64,000 nucleotides of DNA from Octopus sinensis (Eukaryota), in NCBI RefSeq assembly GCF_006345805.1, contig NC_043010.1, forward strand, positions 35,650,001-35,714,000. Direction: 5' to 3'. The notes beneath the pieces are model-generated. The model was not told the DNA's origin. It saw only the letters and a program-made list of their open reading frames with translations, and searched no databases. Shown here piece after piece: positions 38,096-50,923 of this stretch (position 1 is its first letter; every line of letters begins with the position of its first letter). The translations under genes were made by a program, and so were the position numbers.

Positions 38096-39377
38096 TACAC
38101 CAATCCCAGCGTTTCTTCCACTTTTGGAATCCTGCCTGGAAGTCCTTTTCCGTAAGCGAGTCGAAGACCGTCTGCGATTCGCTCTGGATCTTGACAACGG
38201 CGAACTTTGAGCTGCATTTTCCTCTTGGAGAAGTGATAGAAGTCTGCAGATGCTAAATCTGGCGAATAGGGCGGGGGCGAGTGAGGAGTGTCCGGTGACA
38301 GAGTGCATTGTTGTCGTGAAGAATCCAATTCTTCGCATTCCACAGATCCGGTCGCTGTCGCCGAATGCCCTCCCTCAAATGCTTCAAAACGTCGTAGTTG
38401 AACTCTCGATTGACAGTCTGGGCATGGTGGTGGTGGTGGGACGAATTCTCCATGCGCAATATCACATTTCCGAGGGTGACGCTCGTGGCTGGTCTTCCAG
38501 ATTGCTCATCGTCTTTCAAGCAAGTTCTTCCGCTTTTGAAGCGCCTGTGTCACACGAAATATTGCGTACGACCCATTACCTTGTTGCCATAAGCTTGCTG
38601 AAGCATGATCAATGTCTCTGTAGCAGACTTTTCAAGTTTTAGCGCAAAATTTCACGTTGGCTCTTTGTTCCTGTCTATGGCAAAAATCGAGGACTACAGC
38701 ATACACGTGATCAGAAAAAAACACAAATTTCACAACTTGTGAAGTAAACACAGCGATGTCACTCGGCGCACTGGTTCATGAAGGTCGCAAGCGTGCTGCC
38801 ATCTGTTGGCGCGCTACAGAACTTGTCTGGAAACTTTTTGATGTCGGCTTGTACTTCTTTTTCAATCCTTACTCATACACATACGCGCGCGCGCGCACAC
38901 ACCCACACCCACACACACACACACACAAGCACTGTACCCGGATGTCAAATGTGGAAAATAATCTTCTGTTAAACTGTAAATGACTTAACGAAGAACAAGT
39001 TTTTATGTAGTTTTATGGTGTTTAATTGTATTTGCAAATATAATTTCATGCAAGTTGAATTCCCTCCCCCAGTTTTTATGATATTTAAAGCTTTTGAGAC
39101 TGAGTTTATTGATAATATTAATTCTTCCGACTAAAACAGGGAGCTGGTAGAAGTGTTAGCGCGCCGGGCAAAAATGCTTAGCAGCATTTAGTCCGTCTGC
39201 GTTCAAATTCTATCGAGGTCAACTTTTCCTTTCATCCTTTTTGGGATCGATTAAATAAGTACCATTCGAGCACTGGGGTCGATGTTACCGACTTAACTTC
39301 TCTTTGAAAATTGCTGGCCTCGTATCAAAATTTAAAACTAATATTATTTTGTGATTAAGAAAATACTGTTTACTTTA

Positions 39378-39820
39378 TCTATTATATAAAATCCGTTCTG
39401 TGTGTGTGTGTGTGTGTCTTCTAGGATCTCGGGCATCCTCCATCCGTTTGCGCTCATATTTGATATGTAGATACCGTCGGTATCAGGGCGTGTATAAGTC
39501 TTGAAAAAAATTACAAAAATTGATTCCAGGTGAGAATGTGATCGATAAAGCCGTGGGAACGTGCATTTGTATGCGCAAGTACATCAGCTGTTACGATCGA
39601 TACTACGCGTACGCGAGAAAAATGCGCGGCTGGCTTGAAATAATGTCACGTGAATAAAATCGTTTTTCTTTGAAATAGAAAAAAAATCTATATTTCTTCT
39701 TTTGTTAGTGTCTCAAATTTAGGTTAAATCAGTGTTTCTCAAAGGGGAGGCCTATGGGACGGTTGGACAAGTTGTTTTCAGAAAATTTGGTTTAAATGTT
39801 TGACAACTCAGCACCGTCTA
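39378..39820 (+). mobile_element. Possible Helitron-type relic
   Basis: A|TCTATTATATAAAATCCG followed by (GT)n is a Helitron-like 5' signature; no clear CTAG 3' end. Confidence 0.4.
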
Positions 39821-39853
39821 TTGGACGGTGGTGGTGGTGGGGGCGTTTTGCTC

Positions 39854-39929
<76 letters not shown>

Positions 39930-39931
<2 letters not shown>

Positions 39932-40210
39932 GAAAACAATTGCAGCGTGGAAGGTGTTTGTAAGCCATTTAAGAAACACACAAAAGCCGTTCGATTCACT
40001 TCAACATTTAAGTTTAATTTGTCAAAATATTTTCGTCGCTAAAATCCGCGACCTGTTCACTGACAAAAATCCGTGCTGCATCTCAAACGAAAATATTTTA
40101 GCGACGAAAATATTTTGACAAATTAGACTTAAATGTTGAAGTGAATCGAACGGCTTTTGTGTGTTTCTTAAATGGCTTACAAACACCTTCCACGCTGCAA
40201 TTGTTTTCGT
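39930..40210. repeat. 116-bp inverted repeat with a 49-nt spacer
   Basis: Arms 39930-40045 and 40095-40210 differ at one position. Confidence 0.95.
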
Positions 40211-40260
40211 TCCAGCACACGATCTCAGATCAAATCACTTGCTATGCGAGTACATCTCCG

Positions 40261-40387
<127 letters not shown>

Positions 40388-41163
40388 AAAATACTATGAT
40401 ATAGGTGGTTTCACATACTTGGGTAGCACAGTCAACGGTGGTGCCCCAGCATGGCCGCAGCTTCCGGGCTGAAACATTCTCAAGGATCTAAGGATATAAT
40501 TTATACCATTTTCTTGTAATTCTAAATTGGTAGGCAGCACATCAAACAGAAGTAATTGTAACGGAATTGGTTTCCGAACTCAGAATGTAGAGAGACTCAT
40601 GTAAATACCGCAAGGCATTCTGTCCAATTCTACCTTTCGTTGTGTCCTTCCAATATTATAAATAAATAAAAAGCTGCAAGCTGGCAGAGTCCTTTGCACG
40701 CCGGGCAAAACGCTTAGCGGCATTTCGTCCGTCTTTACGTTATGAGTTCAAATTCTGCTGGGGGTTGGCGTTGCGTTTTATCCTTCCGAAGTTGATGAAA
40801 GAAGTACATGTTGAACACTGGGGTCAATTTAATCGACTAACTCCTTTCTCCAAAACACTACTGGTCTTGTGCCCAAATTTGGAAGCGTATATTTACGAAG
40901 TCGTCGAGCTGGCAGAATCGTTAGCATTCCGTCCGTCTTTATGTTCTGAGATCAAATTCCGCCGAGGTTGACTTTACCTGTCATCCTTTAGGAGTCAATA
41001 AAGTACCAGTTGAACACTGGGATTGATATAGTCTTACTCCTTCCTCCGAAATTGCTGGCCTTGTACCAAAATTTGAAATCAATAAATAGATAAATAAGTA
41101 TTCACCCAAACGCCCTTTTAAAGGAATCGAACAACTAAACAAATTGTTAAATTTATTTTGTAG

Positions 41164-41285
41164 GAGGAGAAGTCCGCCTGAACCGTCTAGCCAAAATTAC
41201 TCACCCCAATATCGAATGCGACAATGGAATGGTTCACATCATTGATAGAGTTTTGATACCGTCAAAATTGCGACATCTAGGCTAA
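41164..41285 (+). CDS. FAS1 gene B, exon 6 (terminal; absent from the ORF track)
   Basis: Acceptor TTTTGTAG|GA. Encodes GGEVRLNRLAKITHPNIECDNGMVHIIDRVLIPSKLRHLG* (H2 NGMVHIIDRVL); TAA at 41283-41285. The six exons total 918 nt, giving 305 aa in frame. Confidence 0.92.
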
Positions 41286-41416
41286 GTCGACGGCGGACAT
41301 TTTCCGCGAATGAAGAAAAAAAAGAGGCAAGCGCTGATAGGCACTGAATGTTTGAAAATCACCTCTCACTTGAATGCTTACCTTGCAATGACAAATGTGT
41401 GAATTTTTTTTCAATT

Positions 41417-41442
41417 AATAAAGATACAGCAGATGTAATAAA
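41417..41442 (+). terminator. Two AATAAA polyadenylation signals of FAS1 gene B
   Basis: AATAAA at 41417-41422 and 41437-41442, about 130-155 nt after the stop and followed by T-rich sequence. Confidence 0.6.
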
Positions 41443-41529
41443 GATATAACGTACTTTTAGATATTTATTATTTTCAGTTTATATACGTCGACATAATACC
41501 TTTCTTCCTTTCTTTCTTTCTTTCATTCT

Positions 41530-41592
<63 letters not shown>

Positions 41593-41623
41593 CTCTCCCC
41601 ATCTTTCTCTCTTTCGGTTTCTT

Positions 41624-41727
<104 letters not shown>

Positions 41728-43454
41728 TTTCTTGCTATTCTGTTTGCCTTTTTTTTGTTCACCATTAGGCGCTGGCGTGGTTATGTATAAGTGCGGGCAC
41801 CTTGTAGGCTCTGGGAGAGGTCTTGACGCTGACCCCCCCCCCCACTCTCTCACGCATTCCTTTATCTTTCACCGGCTTTTAGTCGAACAAATCGGCTCCA
41901 GGACTTATTTTTTAAAGTCTAGAACTTATTCTATTGATATCTTTTGCCCGGCACCGGCTTTTAGCTGAAAAAATCGACTCTAGGACTTATTTTTTAAAGT
42001 CTAGTATTTATTTTATCGGTATCTTTTGCCGAACAGCTATGTTACAGAGACATAAACACATCACCGGTTGTCAAGCGGTGGTGGTGGACAAAAATAAGGC
42101 GGCGAGCTGGCAGAAACGTTAGCACGCCGGGCGAAATGCCTAGCGATATTTCGCCTGCCGTTACGTTCTGAGTTCAAATTCCGCCGACGTCGACTTTACC
42201 TTTCATCCTTTCGGGGTCGATTAAATAAGTACCAGTTATACACTGGGGTCGATATAATCGACTTAATCCGTTTGTCTGTCCTTGTTTGTCCTTTCTGTGT
42301 TTAGCCCCTTGTAGGTAGTAAAGAAATAGGTGGTGGACAAAAATAAACATAGACATAACACACATACACACACACAAGCTATAGTTGAAGACACTTGCCC
42401 AAGGTGCCACGCAGTGGGACTGAACCTGGAACCATGTGATTGAGAAGCAAGCTTCTTACCACACAGCTACGCCTGCGCCTATGCAGAGAGAAAAAGTACA
42501 AAAAAAAAGGAACGAAGTATACAGAAAAGGCAAAACCTAGCATAAACTGACGAGTGTTTTGCTAGCTGTATAGATGAATATAAGTGTTAAGTTCGTCTGT
42601 ATTTATTCAAAGTTTAAAAGAGAGGTAAACAAAATCTTTCACTTTATCTAGCTCCTTCGTATTAACCCTCAAATTGGTTACTAATTATGTTATACTACCC
42701 CACTAGGACGAAGATGTCGGCGTTGCAACTAGTGATACCCTAAAAACAGCTTCATACGTGGGCTGCTATTGCTGTCTAGGCTATCCTTTCTTTTTCGGCC
42801 TCCCTAATCTTCTGAGCAGAAAACCCATCATTGACTTTAATTGCTACATGTTTAGCAGCTGGATTTCCTGTCCGAAACATGTATTGTACTCAATAAAGTC
42901 TATCACACATTCCATCTCCTATTTTATCAATACTATTCCCTTCCGATCATTTCGAAATGTAACCACACGTGAATCGTTGGCGATCTTTGTTCTCCGTCTT
43001 ACTTTTTTCTTGAACTTTCCTCTGTCTCGTGTTTCTGAAGAAGAGCTCTTTGCGTCTGCTAATACTTTGCATATACCACGTCCTTGAGTTGTTATTTTTT
43101 CGTATGTCTGTTCTTGATTTTTTTTATTTACTATATATATGCATATATATTTAGATGAATGTGGTACGTAAGTTGAAGGTACCAGAATTTAGTATGGCAC
43201 TATCTATATAATTTAAAATAAGGTGATTATAATCAAAATAAGCAACAAGGATATCCATAGGTAATGCAGTACGATCGTTTCAAGCGACTTCGTTTAATTG
43301 AACAATGCAAATATTACATCAATTTAAAATGTAAAGCAATCTTCAGCTGCATAAAAATATAGAATTTAGTTAAATTGGAAGGACTCATTTGTATAATGTT
43401 TTATCCAATATCACCAAGAGGATAAGGAGATAGATAAAGAACATGTTTTATCAA

Positions 43455-43865
43455 CAACATCCTGGAAAGTTCGGAGGGACGATTTCTTGGGAAGTTTTGA
43501 AAGTTCCGAGGATGAGAGACTTCCTGGAAAATCCCGATGACTTCCTGGAAAGTTCCGAGGATTAGAGACTCACAGGAAAGTTCCGAGGATGAGAGACTTC
43601 CAGGAAAGATCCGAGGATGAGACTTCCTGGAAAATTCCGAGGACTTCCTGTAAAGTTCCGAGGATGAGAAACTTCCGGGAAAGTTCCGAGGAAGATATTT
43701 CCTGGAAAATTCCGAGGACTTCATTGAAAGTTCCGAGGATGGTAGACTTCCTGGAAAATACCGAGGACTTCCTGGAAATTTCCGATGATTAGACTTCCTG
43801 CAAAATTCCGAGTACTTCCTGGAAAGTTCCCGAGGATGAGATTTTCTGGAAAGTTCCCAGGATGC
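43455..43865. repeat. Degenerate minisatellite, unit about GACTTCCTGGAAAGTTCCGAGGATGA
   Basis: More than a dozen 17-27 bp variant units in tandem. Confidence 0.9.
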
Positions 43866-44664
43866 GAATTATTTAACAAGATAATTCATGCTCACTACAT
43901 TGAATATGTTAACACTAGTTCATCGTTGAACTGGGTTTTGGTCTGATGTGTAAGCAACCACATGTCTTGTTCTGCCGACGCAGATATCACTAGTTTCCTT
44001 AAATTGTTATTTAGTTCCAATCCTGATCGAGTAGAGCATATAGATCAGTAATTCTATGACTGACAGTATCAGTCCTCTACTCTAGTACTTATTTTTTAAA
44101 GCCCGATGTAACATATAAATTTCAAATTTCTAAGCCAGGATTCGAAATCGAACCTACATTTTTCTACAAGTTCTCTGTCTATTGTTCTTACCTGTTGCAC
44201 CAGGAAATTTATGAGAGTAATCTTTCCTCTTAACCTTCTTTTCAGTCATACATGGGCCAAGGTTGACTAGAAAGGAAAATCCTTTGTCTAGCCTAACCTA
44301 ATGTAATGAGAAAATATAAATACGCAGCCAAAAATCTGTTCTATCTCTTCGGTGTCCCTTGACCGCCGGTCAGTGAGCATCTCTATTTCTCACTTCAAGT
44401 ATGGCCTGTCATTGTGCGGCAATACAATTCTTATTCTTTCAACTTGACTGTTACATATTCATATCTGTGTGTTTGCGAATGCCAAACTACTCCCTACTCT
44501 TGGCACTATTTTGTAGTGAATAGTACGAACTGTGTGAAAAGTAAACAATGTATCACTACGCTAATGTCGTCCGTGTAATCAAGCAACGTCAATAAACACG
44601 TTAAATAATAACAATGGTTTTAAACTGGTTGTCTTTCCCAATACAACAAACCACACGCATAACA

Positions 44665-44677
44665 TGGTGGCAGCGGT
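44665..44677 (+). other. Primer binding site, complementary to the tRNA-Leu(AAG/UAG) 3' end
   Basis: TGGTGGCAGCGGT immediately after the 5' LTR is the reverse complement of ...ACCGCTGCCACCA. Confidence 0.8.
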
Positions 44678-44789
44678 AAACAATTAATCCGGAATTGTGC
44701 TTTTAAAAACAAAACAGGAACGCAACGAACGAGGAAATCAACAAACAAAACATCGCTACGCTTCGGAAAACATAAACAAAGAATCCAAG

Positions 44790-45755
44790 ATGGCGACCCC
44801 CGTCGCCGTACAGATGAATCTGTATCCGATTATGAACTGGGATTCTAGTGATGTCGTTGAAGAATTTAAAAAATTCAAACAAAAAGCTCAACTAGCTTTC
44901 AAAAGTTTCCTGAAAGGCACAACTGACGATGAAAAGGTAAGTTATATCCTTTTATGGCCAGGCAATAAAGGAATAGACCTATACAATAGCTGGGATATGT
45001 CAGAATCAGACTGCAATGACCCAGATACACTTCTTGAAAAATTTGAGAGGCACTTAGAGCCCAGGTCAAACCACAGAATTCAGAGATACGAATTCCAGGG
45101 CCCGAAACAAGCCCCACAAGAAACAATAGACAATTTCCCGTCAAGGCTGAAAAATGTTGCAGAGAAATGCAAATTCAAAGACAGGGAGGAGAGAATTGTA
45201 GACCAATTAATATGGGGGTGTGCCCACAAAGAAGTGCAAAAATCGCTAATAGGTAAGGACGCTCTCCAGTTGGTAGAAGCAGTAGACACTGCAAGAGCAT
45301 TTGAAGCCACTACCAAACAGATGGCCTCACTAAGCTTACAAGCAAGCCCACTAGATAGCAGTGTAGATACTGTATCAAGGCACAGGACACAAACCCACAA
45401 ACAAAGAACTTGCCGGTACTGTGGTACAGAGCATGAATTTAATGACCGAAAAAAATGTCCTGCATTCGGTACACACTGCAAAGGATGTGGAAAACTGAAC
45501 CACTGGGAAAAAATGTGTAGGATAACAAAATCCCAGAGATATAAGCCCCAAGTTTCAAAGAGGAGCAGAAATAGAAGGGATATACATGCACAACAACAGG
45601 AACAAAGCACCTCAGAGGAGGAATTCTTAGCAATCGGCATAATAAATGTGCATGAGAAGGGAAAGGACGACCGAAGGAAAAAAGATGAGGCATACACGAC
45701 AATGAAAATTCAAAAGAAGGCCGGAAGGAAAAGAACAAACATAGACTTAAGATAG
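44790..45755 (+). CDS. Gypsy gag with two Cys/His knuckles
   Basis: MATPVAVQ...; contains CRYCGTEH...KKC and CKGCGKLNHWEKMC. Ends at TAG because the protease is in the -1 frame. Confidence 0.85.
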   Translation: MATPVAVQMNLYPIMNWDSSDVVEEFKKFKQKAQLAFKSFLKGTTDDEKVSYILLWPGNKGIDLYNSWDMSESDCNDPDTLLEKFERHLEPRSNHRIQRYEFQGPKQAPQETIDNFPSRLKNVAEKCKFKDREERIVDQLIWGCAHKEVQKSLIGKDALQLVEAVDTARAFEATTKQMASLSLQASPLDSSVDTVSRHRTQTHKQRTCRYCGTEHEFNDRKKCPAFGTHCKGCGKLNHWEKMCRITKSQRYKPQVSKRSRNRRDIHAQQQEQSTSEEEFLAIGIINVHEKGKDDRRKKDEAYTTMKIQKKAGRKRTNIDLR

Positions 45756-46115
45756 ACACTGGGGCCCAGAGTGATATCTTGCCTATCGGCTTATACAAAA
45801 AGATGTTCCCAGAAAATATGACAGAAGAGGATAGGGTCAGGAAAGGAATCCTCACACCAAGTGATGTAATCCTCACTGCGTACGGAGGTACCAGAATCCC
45901 ACAACTGGGGAAAACAACAATAAAGGGGACACACAAAGGGAAACCAATCGAGTGTACATTTTATGTCACAAGAACAGGAGGCCCAGCAATTCTTGGACTC
46001 GATACCTGCAGGAGGTTAAATATTGTGTCGGTCAATACTGAAGTGAAAGCAGCTCCAAGCAGGATTGTAAGTGATATGCCTATCAAAAACCGACCACCAA
46101 TCACAAACAAAAAGG
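45749..46115 (+). pseudogene. Gypsy aspartic protease
   Basis: KIDTGAQSDILP active site and ILGLD motif. The sequence then jumps to integrase-like sequence, so RT/RNase H is deleted. Confidence 0.8.
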
Positions 46116-46223
46116 AGATGAAAGGACTAAGCAGAAAGGTCCACCACATTGTAAATGTGACAACCAATAAGAGCATGTACAAAGACATAGAAAAGTAGAA
46201 AAACCTCACAACAAAAGGAGGAA

Positions 46224-47069
46224 ATGATATCTGGTGACATCCCAAGAAGGCCATGGCAAACTATTGGAGTAGATCTATTCACAGAAGGCCAAGAATGGTA
46301 TTTAATAATGGCCTGCTACTACTCCAAATTTCCATTTGTGAGAAAAGTGAAAGACCTGACAAGCAAAACAATCACTACAGTGGCCCGAGGACTCCTAGCA
46401 GAGCAAGGAATACCAGAGCAGATCATATGTGACAATGGAACCCAGTTCACGTCACAAGAATTCAAAAAGCTAGCTGATGAATATGGGTTCAATATTGCAA
46501 CTTCATCTCCACACTGCCCCAAAGGTCATGGGTTTATAGAAAGACAGGTGCAGACAGTGAAGAGAACACTAGTCAAATGCCGGAAGACTAGGGAAGACCC
46601 ACACCTGGCACTTATGTCCCTACGAGCGACTCCACTGAGAGCTAATATGAAATCCCCAGCAGAATTGCTGAATGGCAGGAAGTATAAAACTACCCTGCCA
46701 ACTAAGATTCAACCTCCTATTGACCAGAAAGAAACAAGGGCCAAGCTAGCAGCCACTCAAGAACAAGCACAGAGGCATTGCAACAAACATGCACAACATT
46801 TACCTGAGATGCTTGGAGGACAACATGTGCATACTCAAGATCCCATAACTAAAACATGGATCCCAGCAAAGGTTGTCAGTAGAGCTGAAACTCCAAGATC
46901 AAATATGATAGAAACAGAATCTGGTAGGCAGCTGAAACAACAGGGCCCACATCCGCCCAACACCAGAGCTGCCGAGGAAAACGTGTACAACACACCTCAG
47001 ACACCGGTGCGAAGCAGAAGATCCACCAGATGGAGAAAGAACATTCTGCCACCGGTTCGATACCGCTAA
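46224..47069 (+). pseudogene. Gypsy integrase core
   Basis: PWQTIGVDLF, DNGTQFTSQEF and ERQVQTVK give an intact DDE triad. The N-terminal HHCC region is disrupted. Confidence 0.85.
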
Positions 47070-47156
47070 AGAAAAAGAAAAGACATGATGAAAATACATA
47101 GAGCAAGGGAGACTACTCATAGTTGTCTTCACTGCCAAGAGACCCCTTTTTTTTCA

Positions 47157-47167
47157 AGAAGAAGGGA
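47157..47167 (+). other. Polypurine tract
   Basis: AGAAGAAGGGA directly before the 3' LTR TG. Confidence 0.8.
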
Positions 47168-48171
47168 TGTTACATATTCATATCTGTGTGTTTGCGAATG
47201 CCAAACTACTCCCTACTCTTGGCACTATTTTGTAGTGAATAGTACGAACTGTGTGAAAAGTAAACAATGTATCACTGCGCTAATGTCGTCCGTGTAATCA
47301 AGCAACGTCAATAAACACGTTAAATAATAACAATGGTTTTAAACTGGTTGTCTTTCCCAATACAGAAAACCACACGCATAACATTGACTAAACTTTCTTA
47401 CTCTTTCTCTCTTTAAAGTCACCCACAGAAGACGTTTACCAACGGGATGGACTATAAGAACTAAAATAATTTGTGTATCACAACTCCAACAATTCGAAGT
47501 AGTTGTAACTTACTTTGTAACGATGACAATAATAAATAAAAGACCATTTCAACAACCAATATCTTCTCTCATTTATCTGCTACACATAATCATTATAATT
47601 AACCTAAGATGTTTATAAACTGTTAAAACTGGATCTTAAACTAAACCGTTACACCTGGTACTTATTCTTTTTGCGGAGCCACTTTGTTACAAGGACGTAA
47701 ACAAGCTAACACTGGTTGTCAAACGTTGGTGGGGGACATACGTGTACACACACACACACACACACGTACATAATTAAGTGCTTTGACTACAACATTAGAC
47801 CATTTTAGCTCTTATTTCTAGAAATGTATGTGTTTATAACACCCTACTCGCATTTAGTGACAATTATAGTTTTCCTTTTTGGTAAAACATTGCAAGCTGC
47901 TGTCTATTTTAATTTCATATGTAAAATTAAAATAGGCGGTGCTCCAGCATGGCCGCAGTCAGATGACTGAAACAAGTAAAAGAATAAAAGAATATATATA
48001 TATATATATATATAATATATATTATATATATATATTAAATATATATAATATATATCACCGTGATCACCGTGACCGACCAGGCCATCAGATGTGTTACACA
48101 TCGCTGGTCACAATGCGCTTCGCATTGTTTTAGCCTTCAAATGACGCCACCCCGCTGGCTAAGCGAGCAGG

Positions 48172-48245
<74 letters not shown>

Positions 48246-48257
48246 GGAGGAGGAGGA

Positions 48258-48544
48258 GGCGACCTCCTTCAGTCATGAATGACCACGGGATTGCACCTAG
48301 AAAGTTACCCTCCGATGCACAAGTCAGGGTAAGATTGTTTGTGGTAGGCTAGCAGTCGCCCATGCATACCAGCCTCCCCTCTCCACACCTCTGATGTTAT
48401 CCAAGGGAAAAGCAAAGGGGCCGATACAGCTTGGCACCAGTGATGTCGCAACTCAAGAACACAACACACAGCCAGGTCCGGGAATCGAACTCACAACCTC
48501 ACGATCGTAAGCTCTACGCTCTAACCACTGAGCCATGCGCCTCC
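48258..48544 (-). mobile_element. tRNA-derived SINE (family D)
   Basis: Head GGCGCATGGCTCAGTGGTTAGAGCG...GAGTTCGATTCCCGG continues into a non-tRNA body. Confidence 0.6.
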
Positions 48545-48545
48545 T

Positions 48546-48589
<44 letters not shown>

Positions 48590-48598
48590 TCACACACT

Positions 48599-48640
<42 letters not shown>

Positions 48641-50860
48641 CAATCGTACTGACTTTCATGGGAAACATGTATTTTTAGTGGTTGAAACCTTTTGGATTAA
48701 CTGGTGCTAGAGGAGCCATATAGTGACCACTCTCTTATATTTATTTGTAAAAATATTATAATATATTATAAAATATTATAATAATCCAGGTTTCTCGGAG
48801 CACTAGGCCACTTGGTGTTGAATGGATATACTATTAAATTAGTATCTAATTCTCTCCCTTATTAATTAATTATAATTATGCTGCATTTTTTTAAATGCTG
48901 TATTTGTTTTCCGTGAAAGTTTGGCGCGCTGTTAGTTGGGGCATTTGAATTATAACGTCGGATGTAATCAATGAACCACACGCGTATTTATCGTTATGGT
49001 AAAATCTGGCGTGTGATTGAGTGGATTTCATCCATAGTTTTGGCCGATGAGCTACAAGTGGATTTTTTTGTAAGTAAAATTACATTTAATTCATAATAGC
49101 GAAACAATTGTCCCAGAATAATCTGTATTGTTATTTTTTATTTGCCCTGTCCGTGTGAGCTAACAATCGTACTGACTTTCATGGGAAACAACATGTATTT
49201 TTAGTGGTTGAAACCTTTTGGATTAACTGGTGCTAGAGTGAGCCATATAGTGACCACTCTCTTATATTTATTTTGTAAAAATATTATAATATATTATAAA
49301 ATATTATAATAATCCAGGTTTCTCGGAGCACTAGGCCACTTGGTGTTGAATGGAATATATACTATAAATTAGTATCTAATTCTCTCACCCTTATTAATTA
49401 TATAATTATGCTGCATTTATTTCTAATGCTGTATTTGTTTTCCGTGAAAGTTTGGCGCGCTGTTAGTTGGGGCATTTGAATTATAACGTCGGATGTAATC
49501 AATTGAACCACACGCGTATTTATCGTTATGGTAAAATCTGGCGTGTGATTGAGTGGATTTCATCCAGATAGTTTTGGCCGATGAGCTACAAGTGGATTTT
49601 TTTGTAAGTAAAATTACATTAATTCATTAATAGCGAAACAATTGTCCCAGAATAATCTGTATTTTGTTATTTTTTATTTGCCCTGTCCGTGTGAGCTAAC
49701 AATCGTACTGACTTTCATGGGAAACATGTATTTTTAGTGGTTGAAACCTTTTGGATTAACTGGTGCTAGAGTGAGCCATATAGTGACCACTCTCTTATAT
49801 ATTTTGTAAAAATATTATAATATATTATAAAATATTATAATAATCCAGGTTTCTCGGAGCACTAGGCCACTTGGTGTTGAATGGATATACTATTAAATTA
49901 GTATCTAATTCTCTCACCCTTATTAATTAATTATAATTATGCTGCATTTATTTCTAAATGCTGTATTTTTTCGTGAAAGTTTGGCGCGCTGTTAGTTGGG
50001 GCATTTGAATTATAACGTCGGATGTAATCAATTGAACCACACGCGTATTTATCGTTATGGTAAAATCTGGCGTGTGATTGAGTGGATTTCATCCAGATAG
50101 TTTTGGCCGATGAGCTACAAGTGGATTTTTTTGTAAGTAAAATTACATTTAATTCATTAATAGCGAAACAATTGTCCCAGAATAATCTATTTTGTATTTT
50201 TTATTTGCCCTGTCCGTGTGAGCTAACAATCGTACTGACTTTCATGGGAAACATGTATTTTTAGTGGTTGAAACCTTTTGATTAACTGGTGCTAGAGTGA
50301 GCCATATAGTGACCACTCTCTTATATTTATTTTGTAAAAATATTATAATATATTATAAAATATTATAATAATCCAGGTTTCTCGGAGCACTAGGCCACTT
50401 GGTGTTGAATGGATATACTATTAAATTAGTATCTAATTCTCTCACCCTTATTAATTAATTATAATTATGCTGCATTTATTTCTAAATGCTGTATTTGTTT
50501 TCCGTGAAAGTTTGGCGCGCTGTTAGTTGGGGCATTTGAATTATAACGTCGGATGTAATCAATTGAACCACACGCGTATTTATCGTTATGGTAAAATCTG
50601 GCGTGTGATGAGTGGATTTCATCCAGATAGTTTTGGCCGATGAGCTACAAGTGGATTTTTTTGTAAGTAAAATTACATTTAATTCATTAATAGCGAAACA
50701 ATTGTCCAGAATAATCTGTATTTTGTTATTTTTTATTTGCCCTGTCCGTGTGAGCTAACAATCGTACTGACTTTCATGGGAAACATGTATTTTTAGTGGT
50801 TGAAACCTTTTGGATTAACTGGTGCTAGAGTGAGCCATATATGACCACTCTCTTATATTT
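48641..50860. repeat. ~530-bp tandem satellite, about 4.2 units
   Basis: CAATCGTACTGAC recurs at 48641, 49164, 49700, 50227 and 50759 (periods 523, 536, 527 and 532). Confidence 0.95.
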
Positions 50861-50871
50861 ATTTATTTATT

Positions 50872-50919
<48 letters not shown>

Positions 50920-50923
<4 letters not shown>

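Larger units (their letters stand above)
37581..38851 (-). mobile_element. Degenerate mariner (DD34D-type) with two nested insertions
   Basis: TA-flanked imperfect TIRs (CGAGGTAGTTTCAAAAAGTTCCAGGAC / CAAGCCGACATCAAAAAGTTTCCAGAC). Transposase motifs WILHDNNA and PYSPDLASADF. The C-terminus WKKRWDWCIAAQADYFEDD is restored after removing both insertions. Confidence 0.85.
44449..47383 (+). mobile_element. Internally deleted Ty3/Gypsy (Mag-like) LTR retrotransposon
   Basis: 216-bp LTRs (44449-44664 and 47168-47383; TG...CA; 3 mismatches) with a 5-bp TSD TTGAC on both sides. Internal gag, protease and integrase present; no RT or RNase H; total 2935 bp. Confidence 0.95.

Noticed and set aside
43455-43865. 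CRISPR-like appearance of short repeats
   Set aside because: Units are contiguous with no unique spacers, the context is eukaryotic, and there are no cas genes.
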